A stretch of DNA of 64,000 bases, from contig NZ_JAQNDL010000004.1 in the NCBI RefSeq assembly GCF_028368995.1, positions 576,001 to 640,000 of the forward strand, written 5' to 3'. Source of the stretch: Nannocystis bainbridge. GTDB lineage: Bacteria > Myxococcota_A > Polyangia > Nannocystales > Nannocystaceae. The position numbers and the translations under genes were made by a program. Below, in pieces: positions 10,423 through 19,841 of the stretch (positions are counted from its first letter, which is position 1; the number at the start of each line of letters is the position of its first letter). Under the pieces are notes generated by a model, which did no database searches, was not told the origin of the DNA, and saw nothing but the letters and a program-made list of their open reading frames with translations.

Positions 10423-11304
10423 CTAGTCGGCGGTGAGGACCTCGTCGAGGCGCGTGGCGACCAGGACGCGGGCGGCCCAGGTGTCGAGCACGGCCTCGTC
10501 GCGGCAGTCGAGGACGCGCTGGCGCTGCGCCTCGGTCAGGGCGAAGCCCTTGAGCTGCAACAGCTTGAGCACGATCTCGGCCTTGCCGGCGACCCGGCCC
10601 TTGACCTCGCCCTCGGCGATGCCTTCGAGCCAGGGCTTGCGGAACATGTCGCTGATCGGTTCCCAGCGCTTCTTGGTGGCCATGAGCTGCTCCAGGGCGA
10701 GGCGGGCCGCGCGGCCGAGCAGGCCGACGACGAAGTCAGGGTAGTGGATCCCCCGTTCGTCGTCGAGCTCGCGGCTCGCGTCGAGCGCTGCCAGGGCGAT
10801 CTGCTCGACGCCGGGCTCGTCGGCGTGGGCGGCGACCGACAGCACCGCCAGCTCCGGCAGCTCCCGCGCCCGGTCGGCGTCGGTGATGATGGGGACCGCC
10901 TCCGGACCGAGGACCCACGGGCGCAGGACGTTGCGCTGGCGGCCGAGGTCGATCGGCTCGGCGCACCAGCGGGCCACGTCGCGGTCGAGCGAGACGACGA
11001 CGAGGGTCACGGGGCAGCTCAGGCGGGTGCGCAGGCCGGCGACGTAGAGCGGCCATGTCCAGCGCTTGCGCGGGTCTCGCTCGACCTGGACCTCGACGAC
11101 CAGCGCCTCGTCGGGCTGCTCGGGCGCGCCGCCGAGGCCGAGGACGGCGTCAGCGCGGTGCTCGGCGAAGTGGAGGTCGACGAATTCGGCGGCGCTGATC
11201 CGGACCGGACCCGAGGCGGGCGCTCCGGGCCACAGCAGGTCGGGGATCAGCGCCGGGGCGTGGCGGACGAGCTGGACCAGCGCCTCATGGGACAGCTTGG
11301 GCAT
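10423..11304 (-). CDS. Rpn-like / PD-(D/E)XK-like protein of the type that is multicopy in myxobacteria
   Basis: RADAV...VVEVQ motif, WPLYVAGLR, C-terminal EGIAEGEVKG...LDTWAARVL (DUF4351-like tail). Confidence 0.65.
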   Translation of the reverse strand: MPKLSHEALVQLVRHAPALIPDLLWPGAPASGPVRISAAEFVDLHFAEHRADAVLGLGGAPEQPDEALVVEVQVERDPRKRWTWPLYVAGLRTRLSCPVTLVVVSLDRDVARWCAEPIDLGRQRNVLRPWVLGPEAVPIITDADRARELPELAVLSVAAHADEPGVEQIALAALDASRELDDERGIHYPDFVVGLLGRAARLALEQLMATKKRWEPISDMFRKPWLEGIAEGEVKGRVAGKAEIVLKLLQLKGFALTEAQRQRVLDCRDEAVLDTWAARVLVATRLDEVLTAD

Positions 11305-11385
11305 CGCCGGCGCGGGCTAGCACGCGCGCACGCGGGAGCCAGAGTTGGCCGCGGGCGCGCCGCTGTGCGCGGCCGCAGGGGCATG

Positions 11386-12708
11386 TCAGCGGGCGGGACG
11401 CTCGCGCCGGCCCGAGGACAGGGCCCAGCGGATCAGGAACTGGATCTTGCCGTCGCGCTGGAAGCCGCGGAAGAACTCGACGAGGTCGTCGTAGATCTTC
11501 GGGTCGCGGACGAGGCGGCCCATCGTGCCCTCGCCGCGCTCGACACCCGCGACGATCTTGTTCACGTTGCCGAGCGTGTCCTGCACGCTCTTCAGCATCT
11601 TGCCCTGCGAGTCGTAGAGCAGGCGGGTCGAGACGTTGACGTTGTAGGGGTCGTGCAGGGCGGTCGAGACCGCGGCCATCTTCTTGCGGCCGTCGTCGAC
11701 CAGCGGCTGCATGCTGTCGTCGAATTTGGACAGCGCCTTTTGACCCTTGGCGAGGAAGTGGTCGAGGTCGGCGGCGCCGTCCTGGACGCCGCGCAGCGAG
11801 CTGCCGAAGCCGCGCAGCAGGTCCTCGTCGTTGAGCATCGCGCCGACCGTGCCCTTGCCGGCGGCGGTGTTGCGCAGGTTCTCGTTGCCGGCGGCGAGCC
11901 GTTTCTGGATGTTGCGCACGGTCTCGCCGTCGCCCATCGCCGCCGCCAGCTCGGCGATGCCGCCGATGGCCTCCTCGACCTTGACGAAGCTGCCGTCGAC
12001 CTTCTCTTTGACGGCGTCGATCGTCTCGGTCATCGACGGGGTGGTCTGGATCCGCCCGCCGGGCTGGATCGGCTCGCCGCGCCCGACCGAGATCTGGATG
12101 ATCTGATCGCCGAGCACCCCGTTCTGCGAGATGACGGCGCGGCTGTCGTCTCGGATGTGAAGCATGCTGTCCTGAAAGACAGACATGGTGACGCGGATCC
12201 GGCTGTGATCGGTGGTGAAGCCGTCGCAGATGCCGGTGCTGCCGGTCCACAGCACGCCGCGGTAGCGCCGGCGCATCTCCTGAGTGACGCACACCTCGCC
12301 CTGGCGGCACTGCGAGTCCTCCTCGCACGGGGCGTGGAGCTCCTTGTTGAAGGAGTAGGACTCGAGCTCGGCGCAGTGACCCTCGGGCGCGCAGAACATG
12401 GTGCGGTCGCAGTCGTCGGTGCGGCCCTGGCCGAAGCGGCCGCGATCCTCGTTCTGGGGGTCGCACGGGTAGTCGACCCACACGAACTCGCGGAGGGTGA
12501 CGGTGCCGATCTCGATGCCCTCGATCTGGACCTTGCTGCCCTCGCGCAAGCCCGAGACCTGGCGGAAGTCGGTCGTGATCGAGACCCGCTCCTTCCACAG
12601 GTTCTGGCCCTGGGTGAACACCAACAGGCCGACGAGCGCGGCCATGCCGGAGAGGATGACGACGAGCCCGACGATCTGGTTGAGGCTCTGCTCGCTCCGG
12701 CCGGCCAT
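11386..12708 (-). CDS. MlaD/MCE family protein with Cys-rich insertion
   Basis: N-terminal TM helix, VSGLREGSKVQIEGIEIGTV, ISQNGVLGDQIIQI, helical tail with GEGTMGRLVRD. Confidence 0.85.
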   Translation of the reverse strand: MAGRSEQSLNQIVGLVVILSGMAALVGLLVFTQGQNLWKERVSITTDFRQVSGLREGSKVQIEGIEIGTVTLREFVWVDYPCDPQNEDRGRFGQGRTDDCDRTMFCAPEGHCAELESYSFNKELHAPCEEDSQCRQGEVCVTQEMRRRYRGVLWTGSTGICDGFTTDHSRIRVTMSVFQDSMLHIRDDSRAVISQNGVLGDQIIQISVGRGEPIQPGGRIQTTPSMTETIDAVKEKVDGSFVKVEEAIGGIAELAAAMGDGETVRNIQKRLAAGNENLRNTAAGKGTVGAMLNDEDLLRGFGSSLRGVQDGAADLDHFLAKGQKALSKFDDSMQPLVDDGRKKMAAVSTALHDPYNVNVSTRLLYDSQGKMLKSVQDTLGNVNKIVAGVERGEGTMGRLVRDPKIYDDLVEFFRGFQRDGKIQFLIRWALSSGRRERPAR

Positions 12709-13172
12709 TGTGCGCATCGTAGCGGATCCAGCCGCGGGTGAGGAGGCCGCCGCGCGGGTCCGCCCGCGGGGTTCGCACAGGACGACCACATTCGCGCCGG
12801 GCGGGGCCTTCGGGCCACCACCGACCGGACGTTGCGTCCGGTCCCACGAGCAGGTGGTGAGGCATCGGGGAGGCGATGCGGCAGCGAGCTCGACGAGCGT
12901 CGAATGCCGCTTCGCAGCCTCCGGTGGCCCGGATCGTGGGGCGGCGGTTCGAGGCCGTGAATCAGGCCCCAGGCCGCGTCACGCGAGGAATTCACCTGGG
13001 GAGGCGAGCTACGGACCCGCGAGCGCCGGGCTGGACGGTGCGGTCCGGCCGGGTCAGCGCGGCCTGCGTCGTCGCCTGACGGAGCCGGTGCGGTGGCCGG
13101 GGAGTCGCTCGCGGCGGGCCGGATCGAGGGCTACTCGACAGCGGGGGCGCGATGTGGAATGTCCACGGCGCC

Positions 13173-14405
13173 ATGTCCGCTTCGTCTCCCGCCGCTCCGT
13201 TCGACGCGCAGGCGTTCGATGCTCACGTGATGTCGACGTACGCCCGCTACCCGATCGCGCTCGAGCGCGGCGAGGGGTGCAGGGTGTGGGACACGGAGGG
13301 GCGGGCTTACCTCGACTTCGCGGCCGGGATCGCGACCTGTACTTTGGGACATGCCCACAAGAACCTGGTCGAGGCGGTGACGCGGCAGATCGGCAAGCTG
13401 CACCACGTCTCGAACCTGTTCTACATCCCCGAGCAAGGCGCCCTGGCGGCGCTGCTGGCGGCGCTGGGGGCGGGGGAGCGGGCGTTCTTCTGCAACTCGG
13501 GGGCGGAGGCCAACGAGGCGGCGATCAAGCTGGCGCGCAAGTATGGGCGCACGCGCCTCGGCATCGAGAAGCCGGTGGTGATCGCGGCGCAGGCGAGCTT
13601 CCACGGGCGCACGCTGGCGACGCTGACGGCGACCGGGCAGGCCAAGTACCAGCAGAACTTCGACCCGCTGGTGCCGGGCTTCGTGCACGTGCCGTTCAAC
13701 GACGCCACCGCGCTCGGCGAGGCGATCGTCGAGCTCGACCGCGAGCGCAAGCAGGTGGCCGCGGTGCTGATGGAGCCGCTGCAGGGCGAGGGCGGGATCC
13801 GGCCCGGCGATCCGGCGGTGTTCCGCAAGATCCGCGAGCTGTGCGACGCCCGCGGGATCCTGCTCATGTTCGACGAGGTCCAGGTCGGCGTCGGCCGCAG
13901 CGGCAAGTGGTGGGGCCACCAGCACCTCGACGTCGAGCCCGACGTCATGACGCTGGCCAAGGGCCTGGCCGGCGGGGTGCCGATCGGCGCGATGCTCTGC
14001 AAATCGAGCTGCGACGTGTTCCAGCCCGGCGACCACGCGAGCACGTTCGGCGGCAACCCGCTGGCGTGCGCGGCGGCGCTGGCGGTGCTGATGACGATCG
14101 AGAAGGACCGGCTGGTCGACAACGCGCGGCAGCGCGGCGACCAGCTGCGCGCGGGGCTGCAGGCGCTGGCGAAGTCGTCGCCGGGCAAGATCGCCGAGGT
14201 GCGCGGCTGGGGCCTGCTGCTCGGCGCGGAGCTGGGTCCGTCCGAGACGCGCACGGCTCCCGAGATCGCCCGCGCGGCGCTCGACGCCGGGCTCCTGCTG
14301 GTCCCCGCGGGGCCGCGGGTGATCCGCTTCGTGCCGCCGCTGATCGTGTCGTCGGCCGAGATCGACGAGGCGCTGGCGGTGTTCGCCAGGGTGCTGGCGG
14401 GGTGA
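13173..14405 (+). CDS. argD: Acetylornithine aminotransferase
   Basis: FFCNSGAEANEAAIK, SFHGRT, EPLQGEGG, FDEVQVG, LAKGLAGG, HASTFGGNP; next to the arg operon. Confidence 0.92.
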   Translation: MSASSPAAPFDAQAFDAHVMSTYARYPIALERGEGCRVWDTEGRAYLDFAAGIATCTLGHAHKNLVEAVTRQIGKLHHVSNLFYIPEQGALAALLAALGAGERAFFCNSGAEANEAAIKLARKYGRTRLGIEKPVVIAAQASFHGRTLATLTATGQAKYQQNFDPLVPGFVHVPFNDATALGEAIVELDRERKQVAAVLMEPLQGEGGIRPGDPAVFRKIRELCDARGILLMFDEVQVGVGRSGKWWGHQHLDVEPDVMTLAKGLAGGVPIGAMLCKSSCDVFQPGDHASTFGGNPLACAAALAVLMTIEKDRLVDNARQRGDQLRAGLQALAKSSPGKIAEVRGWGLLLGAELGPSETRTAPEIARAALDAGLLLVPAGPRVIRFVPPLIVSSAEIDEALAVFARVLAG

Positions 14406-14515
14406 GCCTCGTTGACCTGTCTTTTCAGGCAGGTAGGATCTTCTCTCCCGCTGGCTGCGGTGCCGAAACCGCGCCGTGAGGCCGACGGGCGGCGTGCTAT
14501 CGTCGAGCTCGGCTC

Positions 14516-15841
14516 ATGACTGCGACCCTCGAATCGATCCGTGAACAGCTGGCTGCCGGCGACGCCTCCGGCGCGTGGCGGGCCCTCACGCAGGTGTTCG
14601 GTTACCCCGCGGGCGGGTCGCTCGACGAGGAGGGGTTCGCCGCGGCGCTGACGCTGACGGTCTCGATCACGCACGAGCTGGCCGGCGAGGAGGGCGTGGC
14701 CAAGATGGTGCCGGCGGCCCTCACCCCCGACGATCCGCGGGCGCTGTTTTTGGCCGGCTGGTGGCTGGCCGAGGAGCGGCAGTTTGCGATCGCGGCCAGC
14801 GTGCTCGAGCGGGCCAATCAGCTGGCGCCGGGGCAGGCCGAGATCGCCGGCGAGCTGGCCAACGCGCTCGAGCACTTGCTTCACTACGGGCCGGCGGCGC
14901 TGGTGCTCGAGGCGTCGGGGCGTGCCGACGACGATCCGCTGCTGGCGTACCTGTCGGGCTTTTACTGGCTGATGTGCGGCGACCTCGAGCGGCCGCGAGC
15001 GCGGCTGCAGCTGCTCGCCGACGTGACCGAGACCAACCTCGTGTTCATGCGCGAGGCGCTGGCAGGGATGCTGGCGCGGGCCGAAGCGCTGACGGCCGCG
15101 GGCGTGGGGCTGGAGGGCGACGCGCTGACGGCCTGGCACGCGGTGCTCAACGGTTCGCTGCTGCTCCACGAGTCGCCGCACGGCTACCCGGATCCGATGC
15201 ACGGGCGGTTCGCGTTCCTCAACGACTCGGCGACGCTGCAGCGGCTGGGGCTCGCCCGGCTGGAGCGGCTGCTGGACGCGGTCGGGCAGCGGCCGGAGCG
15301 GATCCTCGCCGCCCCCGATCGCGCCAGCCAGATCCTCGCGCACGCGGCCGCGCTGGTGCTGGAGCGGCCGCTCGAGCCGTGGACGGCCGACGCCGGGCGC
15401 CCGGGGCTGGTGGTCGCGTGGAGCCTCGATCATGTCGGCGACGTCGCGTTCCTCCGCGGCATGCGGGACCACGCGCCGGGGCGGCCGCTGTTCGTGCACG
15501 TCACCGACTGGATCGAGCCGTTCGCCTACGCGCCCGACGTGGCGACGCTGCTGGCGCAGACGGTGTTGCATCCGTTCACCGGCGGCGCGCTGACGTACGA
15601 CGCGGCGACGCAGCAGCCCGGCAGGGCCGAGCCGGACCCGCGCGAGGACGCCGAGCTGGGCGCGCTGGTGGCGGCGACGCCGGTCGCCGACGACAGCGCG
15701 GCGCCGCTCGAGCGCGTGATCGAGATCGACCGCGCGCTGGCGGGGCTGGCCGCCGATCGGCGGCCGGGGCTGCACCGCGCGGGCGGTCCGCGGCTGATCC
15801 ACCGGGCCGGCAGCCCGGTGCCGAGCAACTTCTTCCGGTGA
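14516..15841 (+). CDS. Hypothetical protein with helical/TPR-like N-terminus
   Basis: 441-aa ORF with typical high-GC codon usage; no recognised catalytic motif. Confidence 0.65.
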   Translation: MTATLESIREQLAAGDASGAWRALTQVFGYPAGGSLDEEGFAAALTLTVSITHELAGEEGVAKMVPAALTPDDPRALFLAGWWLAEERQFAIAASVLERANQLAPGQAEIAGELANALEHLLHYGPAALVLEASGRADDDPLLAYLSGFYWLMCGDLERPRARLQLLADVTETNLVFMREALAGMLARAEALTAAGVGLEGDALTAWHAVLNGSLLLHESPHGYPDPMHGRFAFLNDSATLQRLGLARLERLLDAVGQRPERILAAPDRASQILAHAAALVLERPLEPWTADAGRPGLVVAWSLDHVGDVAFLRGMRDHAPGRPLFVHVTDWIEPFAYAPDVATLLAQTVLHPFTGGALTYDAATQQPGRAEPDPREDAELGALVAATPVADDSAAPLERVIEIDRALAGLAADRRPGLHRAGGPRLIHRAGSPVPSNFFR

Positions 15842-15932
15842 GGTTGTCTTTCGGACATGTCCATCGGGGCATGTCTGAAAGAGCCTGAACGTTCGGGCAT
15901 GTGAAAGAGGACATGTCCGAACGGGCATGTGA
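15840..15932. repeat. 14-bp tile array (6 cores)
   Basis: Cores at 15853, 15867, 15881, 15895, 15909, 15923 with spacers atcg/gaaa/gttc/aaga/gaac. Confidence 0.92.
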
Positions 15933-16089
15933 TGCGCGCACGCGCACGCGCGGGCGCTTGCGGGAGGCCGGGCTCAGCGGAGCGCGGCGGGCGTGGCAGC
16001 GCCGGCGGTCGCCGGTGTGTGCAATGGGCGGGCTCCGTGGGGCGGTTCGCGGCGAGCGGGGCAGCGCTGGCGGTTGCGGGCGGCCGGGC

Positions 16090-17385
16090 TCAGCGGAGCG
16101 CGGCGAGGCGGGCTTGCAGGCGGTCGAGGCCGAGGTTGCCGGGGCCGCCGAGGCTGACGCGGGCCTGCAGGCTGGCCTCGGGCGACCTGTCCTTCAGGTC
16201 ATGCATCTCGGCCGCGGCCTGGCGGTAGGCGTCGCGAAACGGCACGCCGGCGCGGGCCAGCTCGACGGCGCGGTCGGTGGCGTGCAGCTCGCCGTCGATG
16301 GCGGCGCGCATGCGGGCGCGGTCGAGCTCGAGCGTACCCACGAGCGCGGGCACGAGGGCGAGGCCGGCGAGGCCGCGGGTGAACGCGCGCAGGGTCGGGG
16401 CCTTGGTGGCCTGGAGGTCGCGGTGGTAGCCGCTCGGCAGCGACAGCAGCGACGACAGCTCGGACATCGCGCCCTCGGTGACGGAGGGCACGGCGCGCAG
16501 CAGCTCGACGACGTCCGGGTTGCGCTTGTTGGGCATGATCGACGAGCCGGTGGTGTAGGCGTCGGGCAGGCGCACGAACGCGAACTCGGCGGTCGAGAAC
16601 AGCGACAGGTCCCAGGCCAGGCGGCGGACGTCGAGCAGCGCCTGGTGCAGCGCCTGCACCGCCAGCAGCTCGAGCTTGCCGCGGCTGTTCTGGGCGTAGA
16701 TCGGCGAGACCTGCACGCGCGAGAAGCCGAGCTCGTGGGCGACGCCGTCGCGGTCGAGCGGGAGGTTGACGCCGTAGCCGGCGGCGGTGCCGAGCGGGCT
16801 CGAGTCGAGGGTGTGGGCGGTGGCGCGCGCGGTCTCGGCGTCGTCGAGGAAGGCCTCGGCGTGGCCGGCGAGCAGGGCGGCGAGCGACGACGGCACGGCC
16901 CGCTGCAAGTGGGTGTAGCCGGGCAGGGCGACGTCCTGGGTGGCCTCGGCGCGCTGCAGGCAGGCGTCGGCGCAGTCGAGGCAGCGCGCGCGCAGGGCCC
17001 CGAGGGCGTCCTTGAGCCACAGGCGCATGGCGACGAGGATCTGGTCGTTGCGGCTGCGGCCGGTGTGGACCTTGCGGCCGACGTCGCCGAGGCGCTCGCC
17101 GAGGTACCACTCGATGGCGGAGTGGCCGTCCTCGAAGCGGTCGTCGAGCACGAACTCGCCGCTGCGCACGGCCTCGGCGAACGCTTCGAGGCCCGCCACG
17201 AGGGCCTCGGCCTCGCTCGTGGCGAGCACGGCGATGCGCTGCAGGCCGTGGACGTGGGCGATCGAGGCGCGGACGTCGTGGAGGATCAGCTGGCGATCGA
17301 GGACGACGTCATCGCCGGCGCAGAACGCCTGGGCGGCGGCGTCGAGGGCGGCCTGGCCCTTGTCCCATAGCGGTCGGGTGCTCAT
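16090..17385 (-). CDS. argH: Argininosuccinate lyase
   Basis: HTGRSRNDQ, PGYTHLQRA, TGSSIMPNKRNPD, SGYHRDLQ. Confidence 0.96.
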   Translation of the reverse strand: MSTRPLWDKGQAALDAAAQAFCAGDDVVLDRQLILHDVRASIAHVHGLQRIAVLATSEAEALVAGLEAFAEAVRSGEFVLDDRFEDGHSAIEWYLGERLGDVGRKVHTGRSRNDQILVAMRLWLKDALGALRARCLDCADACLQRAEATQDVALPGYTHLQRAVPSSLAALLAGHAEAFLDDAETARATAHTLDSSPLGTAAGYGVNLPLDRDGVAHELGFSRVQVSPIYAQNSRGKLELLAVQALHQALLDVRRLAWDLSLFSTAEFAFVRLPDAYTTGSSIMPNKRNPDVVELLRAVPSVTEGAMSELSSLLSLPSGYHRDLQATKAPTLRAFTRGLAGLALVPALVGTLELDRARMRAAIDGELHATDRAVELARAGVPFRDAYRQAAAEMHDLKDRSPEASLQARVSLGGPGNLGLDRLQARLAALR

Positions 17386-17442
17386 GCGGTGCTCCTGGCG
17401 GCGAGGCGGTGGTCTGGTCTTCGGGACAGGTGCGGCGCGCGC

Positions 17443-18396
17443 TCACGGGCCGGCGGGCTCGGGGTCGCGCGGCACCCCCTGGCGCTCGGGCAGGCCGAGG
17501 GCGAGGTTCAGGTTCTGCAGGGCCTGCGAGGCGGCGCCCTTGAGCAGGTTGTCGAGGGTGACGACGACGACGGCGTGGCGGTCGTCGACGTGGAGGCCGC
17601 CGATGGTGACGTCGTGGCGGCCGGCGACGTCGCGGACCTCGGGGATGTCGCTCGTGACGCGCACGAGCGGCTCGTCGGCGTAGACGCTGCGGTAGCGCTC
17701 GAGCAGCTCGGCGCGCTCGAGCGAACGCGCGAGCGGGAGGGTGATCGTCAGGGTGATGCCGCGGAAGAACGGGGCGACGTGAGGGACGAAGCGGACCGCG
17801 TGGCCGAGGTGATGGCTGGCCTCGCGCTCGTGCAGGTGGCCGGTGAGGGCGTAGGGCATGAGGTTGTCGCGCAGGCGCTCGGGGTCGTTGCGCGGCGAGG
17901 GGGTGGTGCCGGCGCCGCTGTAGCCGGACACGCCGAAGGCCTGCGGCGGGCCGGCGAGCAGCTCCAGCAGCGGAGCGACGCCGAGCTGGATGCCGGTGGC
18001 GTAGCAGCCGGGGTTGGCGATCCGGCGGGCGCCGCGGATCTGGGCCCGGTGGCGCTCGGGCAGGCCGTAGGCCCAGGCGGGGTCGAAGCGGTAGTCGGCC
18101 GAGAGGTCGACGAGCACGGGGCCGCGCGCGTCCAGGGCGTCGGCGTAGGCGGCGGCGAGGCCGTTCGGCAGGGCGAGCACGACGGCGTCGACGGGCCAGG
18201 AGGCGACTGTCTCGGGGGACATGTCCTCGAGGACAATGTCGGCGGGGGCGTCGGTGAGGTGGGCCCGCAGCGGGTCGCCGACGCCCTGGCGCGAGGCGGC
18301 GCGGGTCAGGCGGAGGTCGTCGTGGCCGGCGAGCAGGCGCGCGAGCTCGCCGCCGACGTGGCCGCGCGCGCCGACGAGGCCGAGGGTGAAGCTCAT
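17443..18396 (-). CDS. argC: N-acetyl-gamma-glutamyl-phosphate reductase
   Basis: GARGHVG, DLSADYR, ANPGCYAT, SGYSGAG, DNLLKGAASQA. Confidence 0.95.
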   Translation of the reverse strand: MSFTLGLVGARGHVGGELARLLAGHDDLRLTRAASRQGVGDPLRAHLTDAPADIVLEDMSPETVASWPVDAVVLALPNGLAAAYADALDARGPVLVDLSADYRFDPAWAYGLPERHRAQIRGARRIANPGCYATGIQLGVAPLLELLAGPPQAFGVSGYSGAGTTPSPRNDPERLRDNLMPYALTGHLHEREASHHLGHAVRFVPHVAPFFRGITLTITLPLARSLERAELLERYRSVYADEPLVRVTSDIPEVRDVAGRHDVTIGGLHVDDRHAVVVVTLDNLLKGAASQALQNLNLALGLPERQGVPRDPEPAGP

Positions 18397-18409
18397 GGCC
18401 GGCCTCCGT

Positions 18410-18489
18410 GAACAGGGTCGAAAGGACATGTCCACAGGAGCATGTCGTCATGGACATGCCCGCTGGGGCATGTCTGAAGGGGCATGGCG
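18410..18489. repeat. 14-bp tile array (6 cores) inside the arg operon
   Basis: Cores at 18410, 18424, 18438, 18452, 18466, 18480 between argB/A and argC. Confidence 0.92.
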
Positions 18490-18499
18490 ACGGGCGGGG

Positions 18500-19828
18500 T
18501 CACGCGGCGCCTCCGATGGTGTGCGCGGCCTCCAGGGTCGGCGGGGCGGCGAGGGCCCGCTCGACGCACTCCTGGATGGTCGGGAAGTCGGTGACGCCGG
18601 TCCAGAACACGGTCCAGGTGCCGCCGCTGTAGCTGCCGTCGGCGCGCTGGAAGTACCAGGGGTTGATCGGGTTGTCGACGCGGGCGCGCCAGAACAGCTG
18701 CGGGGTGTCCCGGGTCATGCGCTGCCACAAGGAGCCGCCGATGCCCTCGCCCTGGGCCTCGCCGGTGACGGCGAACTTGTCGAGGTAGGGGATCGGGCCC
18801 TCGTCGGTGAGGATGGCGGCGGCGCGGTAGCTGTCGGCCAGGTAGATCCGGCGGAACGGCTTGCGGGTGAAGTAGTCGGCGACCGGGGGCCGGCCGAAGG
18901 CGGCGGCGAGCAGGTCGGCGAGGCGCGGCAGGTCGACGCTGGCGAGCGACGGGTGGAGGATGATGCGCTCGCCGCGGCGGACCAGGGTGCCCGAGCCCTT
19001 GTGGGTGAAGAGCTCCATGGCCAAAAGGTCAGGTGAGGTGATCGAGACCGAGGAGGCGCGCGGGAGCCTGCCGAGGAGGTCGTGGATCAGCGCGAGCTTG
19101 TGGCGGGTGCTGTCGGTCAGCCACGGCTCGGCGAGCAGCGGCTCGTAGTCTTCGGCGAGGTTGACGGCCGAGATGAGGTCGCCGTACTCGTCGCGCAGGC
19201 CGCCCCGGGCCCGCAAGAAGATGATCTTGTAGGGCTGCAGGCGGACCGCGAGGGCGTGCGCGGCGAGGTCGGGGCCGAGGTCGAGGATCTGGCCGCCGGC
19301 GGTCTCGCCGATGCTGGCGAGCACGGGCATCGAGCCGGCCTTGAGGCTCGACTCGATGGCGTCGGTGTCGACGCGCACGATCCGCGCCCGCTGCTCGGCG
19401 TCGCGGTCGGCGTCGTCGAGCTCGGCCGCGAACACGCCGCCGACGACGGGCCGGCCGCGCGCGCCCATCTCCTCGAGCATGTCGACGAGCCGCAGGTTCT
19501 CGGCGCGGAACACCCGGCGCACCTGCTCGAGCGCGCGCGGCGAGGTGCGCTGGGACCAGTCGGTCGGGTCGATGCCGGCGGCGGTGAAGGCGGCCTGCAG
19601 CTGCGGCCCGACGCCGTGCACGACGACCGGGTGGAGGCCGACCTGGTGGAGGAAGTTGAGCGAGGAGGCGAGGCTCTCGAGGTCGTCGGCGAGCAGGCCG
19701 CCGCCGACCTTGATGACGGCGAAGCGCTTGTGCTCGACGCTCGAGAATTGCTTGAGGTACTGCTCGACCTCTTTGCGGCCGCCGAGGTTGCGCAGCAGCT
19801 TGACGATCAGCTCGCGGGGGTTGGGCAT
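18500..19828 (-). CDS. argB: Acetylglutamate kinase with C-terminal NAT domain (bifunctional NAGS/K type)
   Basis: FAVIKVGG, VVHGVGPQL, ELFTHKGSGT, YLDKFAV, LFWRAR, NPINPWY. Confidence 0.9.
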   Translation of the reverse strand: MPNPRELIVKLLRNLGGRKEVEQYLKQFSSVEHKRFAVIKVGGGLLADDLESLASSLNFLHQVGLHPVVVHGVGPQLQAAFTAAGIDPTDWSQRTSPRALEQVRRVFRAENLRLVDMLEEMGARGRPVVGGVFAAELDDADRDAEQRARIVRVDTDAIESSLKAGSMPVLASIGETAGGQILDLGPDLAAHALAVRLQPYKIIFLRARGGLRDEYGDLISAVNLAEDYEPLLAEPWLTDSTRHKLALIHDLLGRLPRASSVSITSPDLLAMELFTHKGSGTLVRRGERIILHPSLASVDLPRLADLLAAAFGRPPVADYFTRKPFRRIYLADSYRAAAILTDEGPIPYLDKFAVTGEAQGEGIGGSLWQRMTRDTPQLFWRARVDNPINPWYFQRADGSYSGGTWTVFWTGVTDFPTIQECVERALAAPPTLEAAHTIGGAA

Positions 19829-19841
19829 GGTCGTGAGAACT

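Noticed and set aside
10423-11304. Rpn-like gene as an active mobile element or as the mobiliser of the tiles
   Set aside because: No terminal inverted repeats or target duplication seen, and no HUH/RAYT motifs; a single adjacent tile cluster is no more than background here.
12935-12965. GGTTCGAG resembling a tRNA T-loop
   Set aside because: No cloverleaf, anticodon arm or acceptor stem could be built around it.
15840-15932. Tile arrays as CRISPR arrays
   Set aside because: Repeats are 10 bp and degenerate, spacers only 4 nt, and no cas genes are present.
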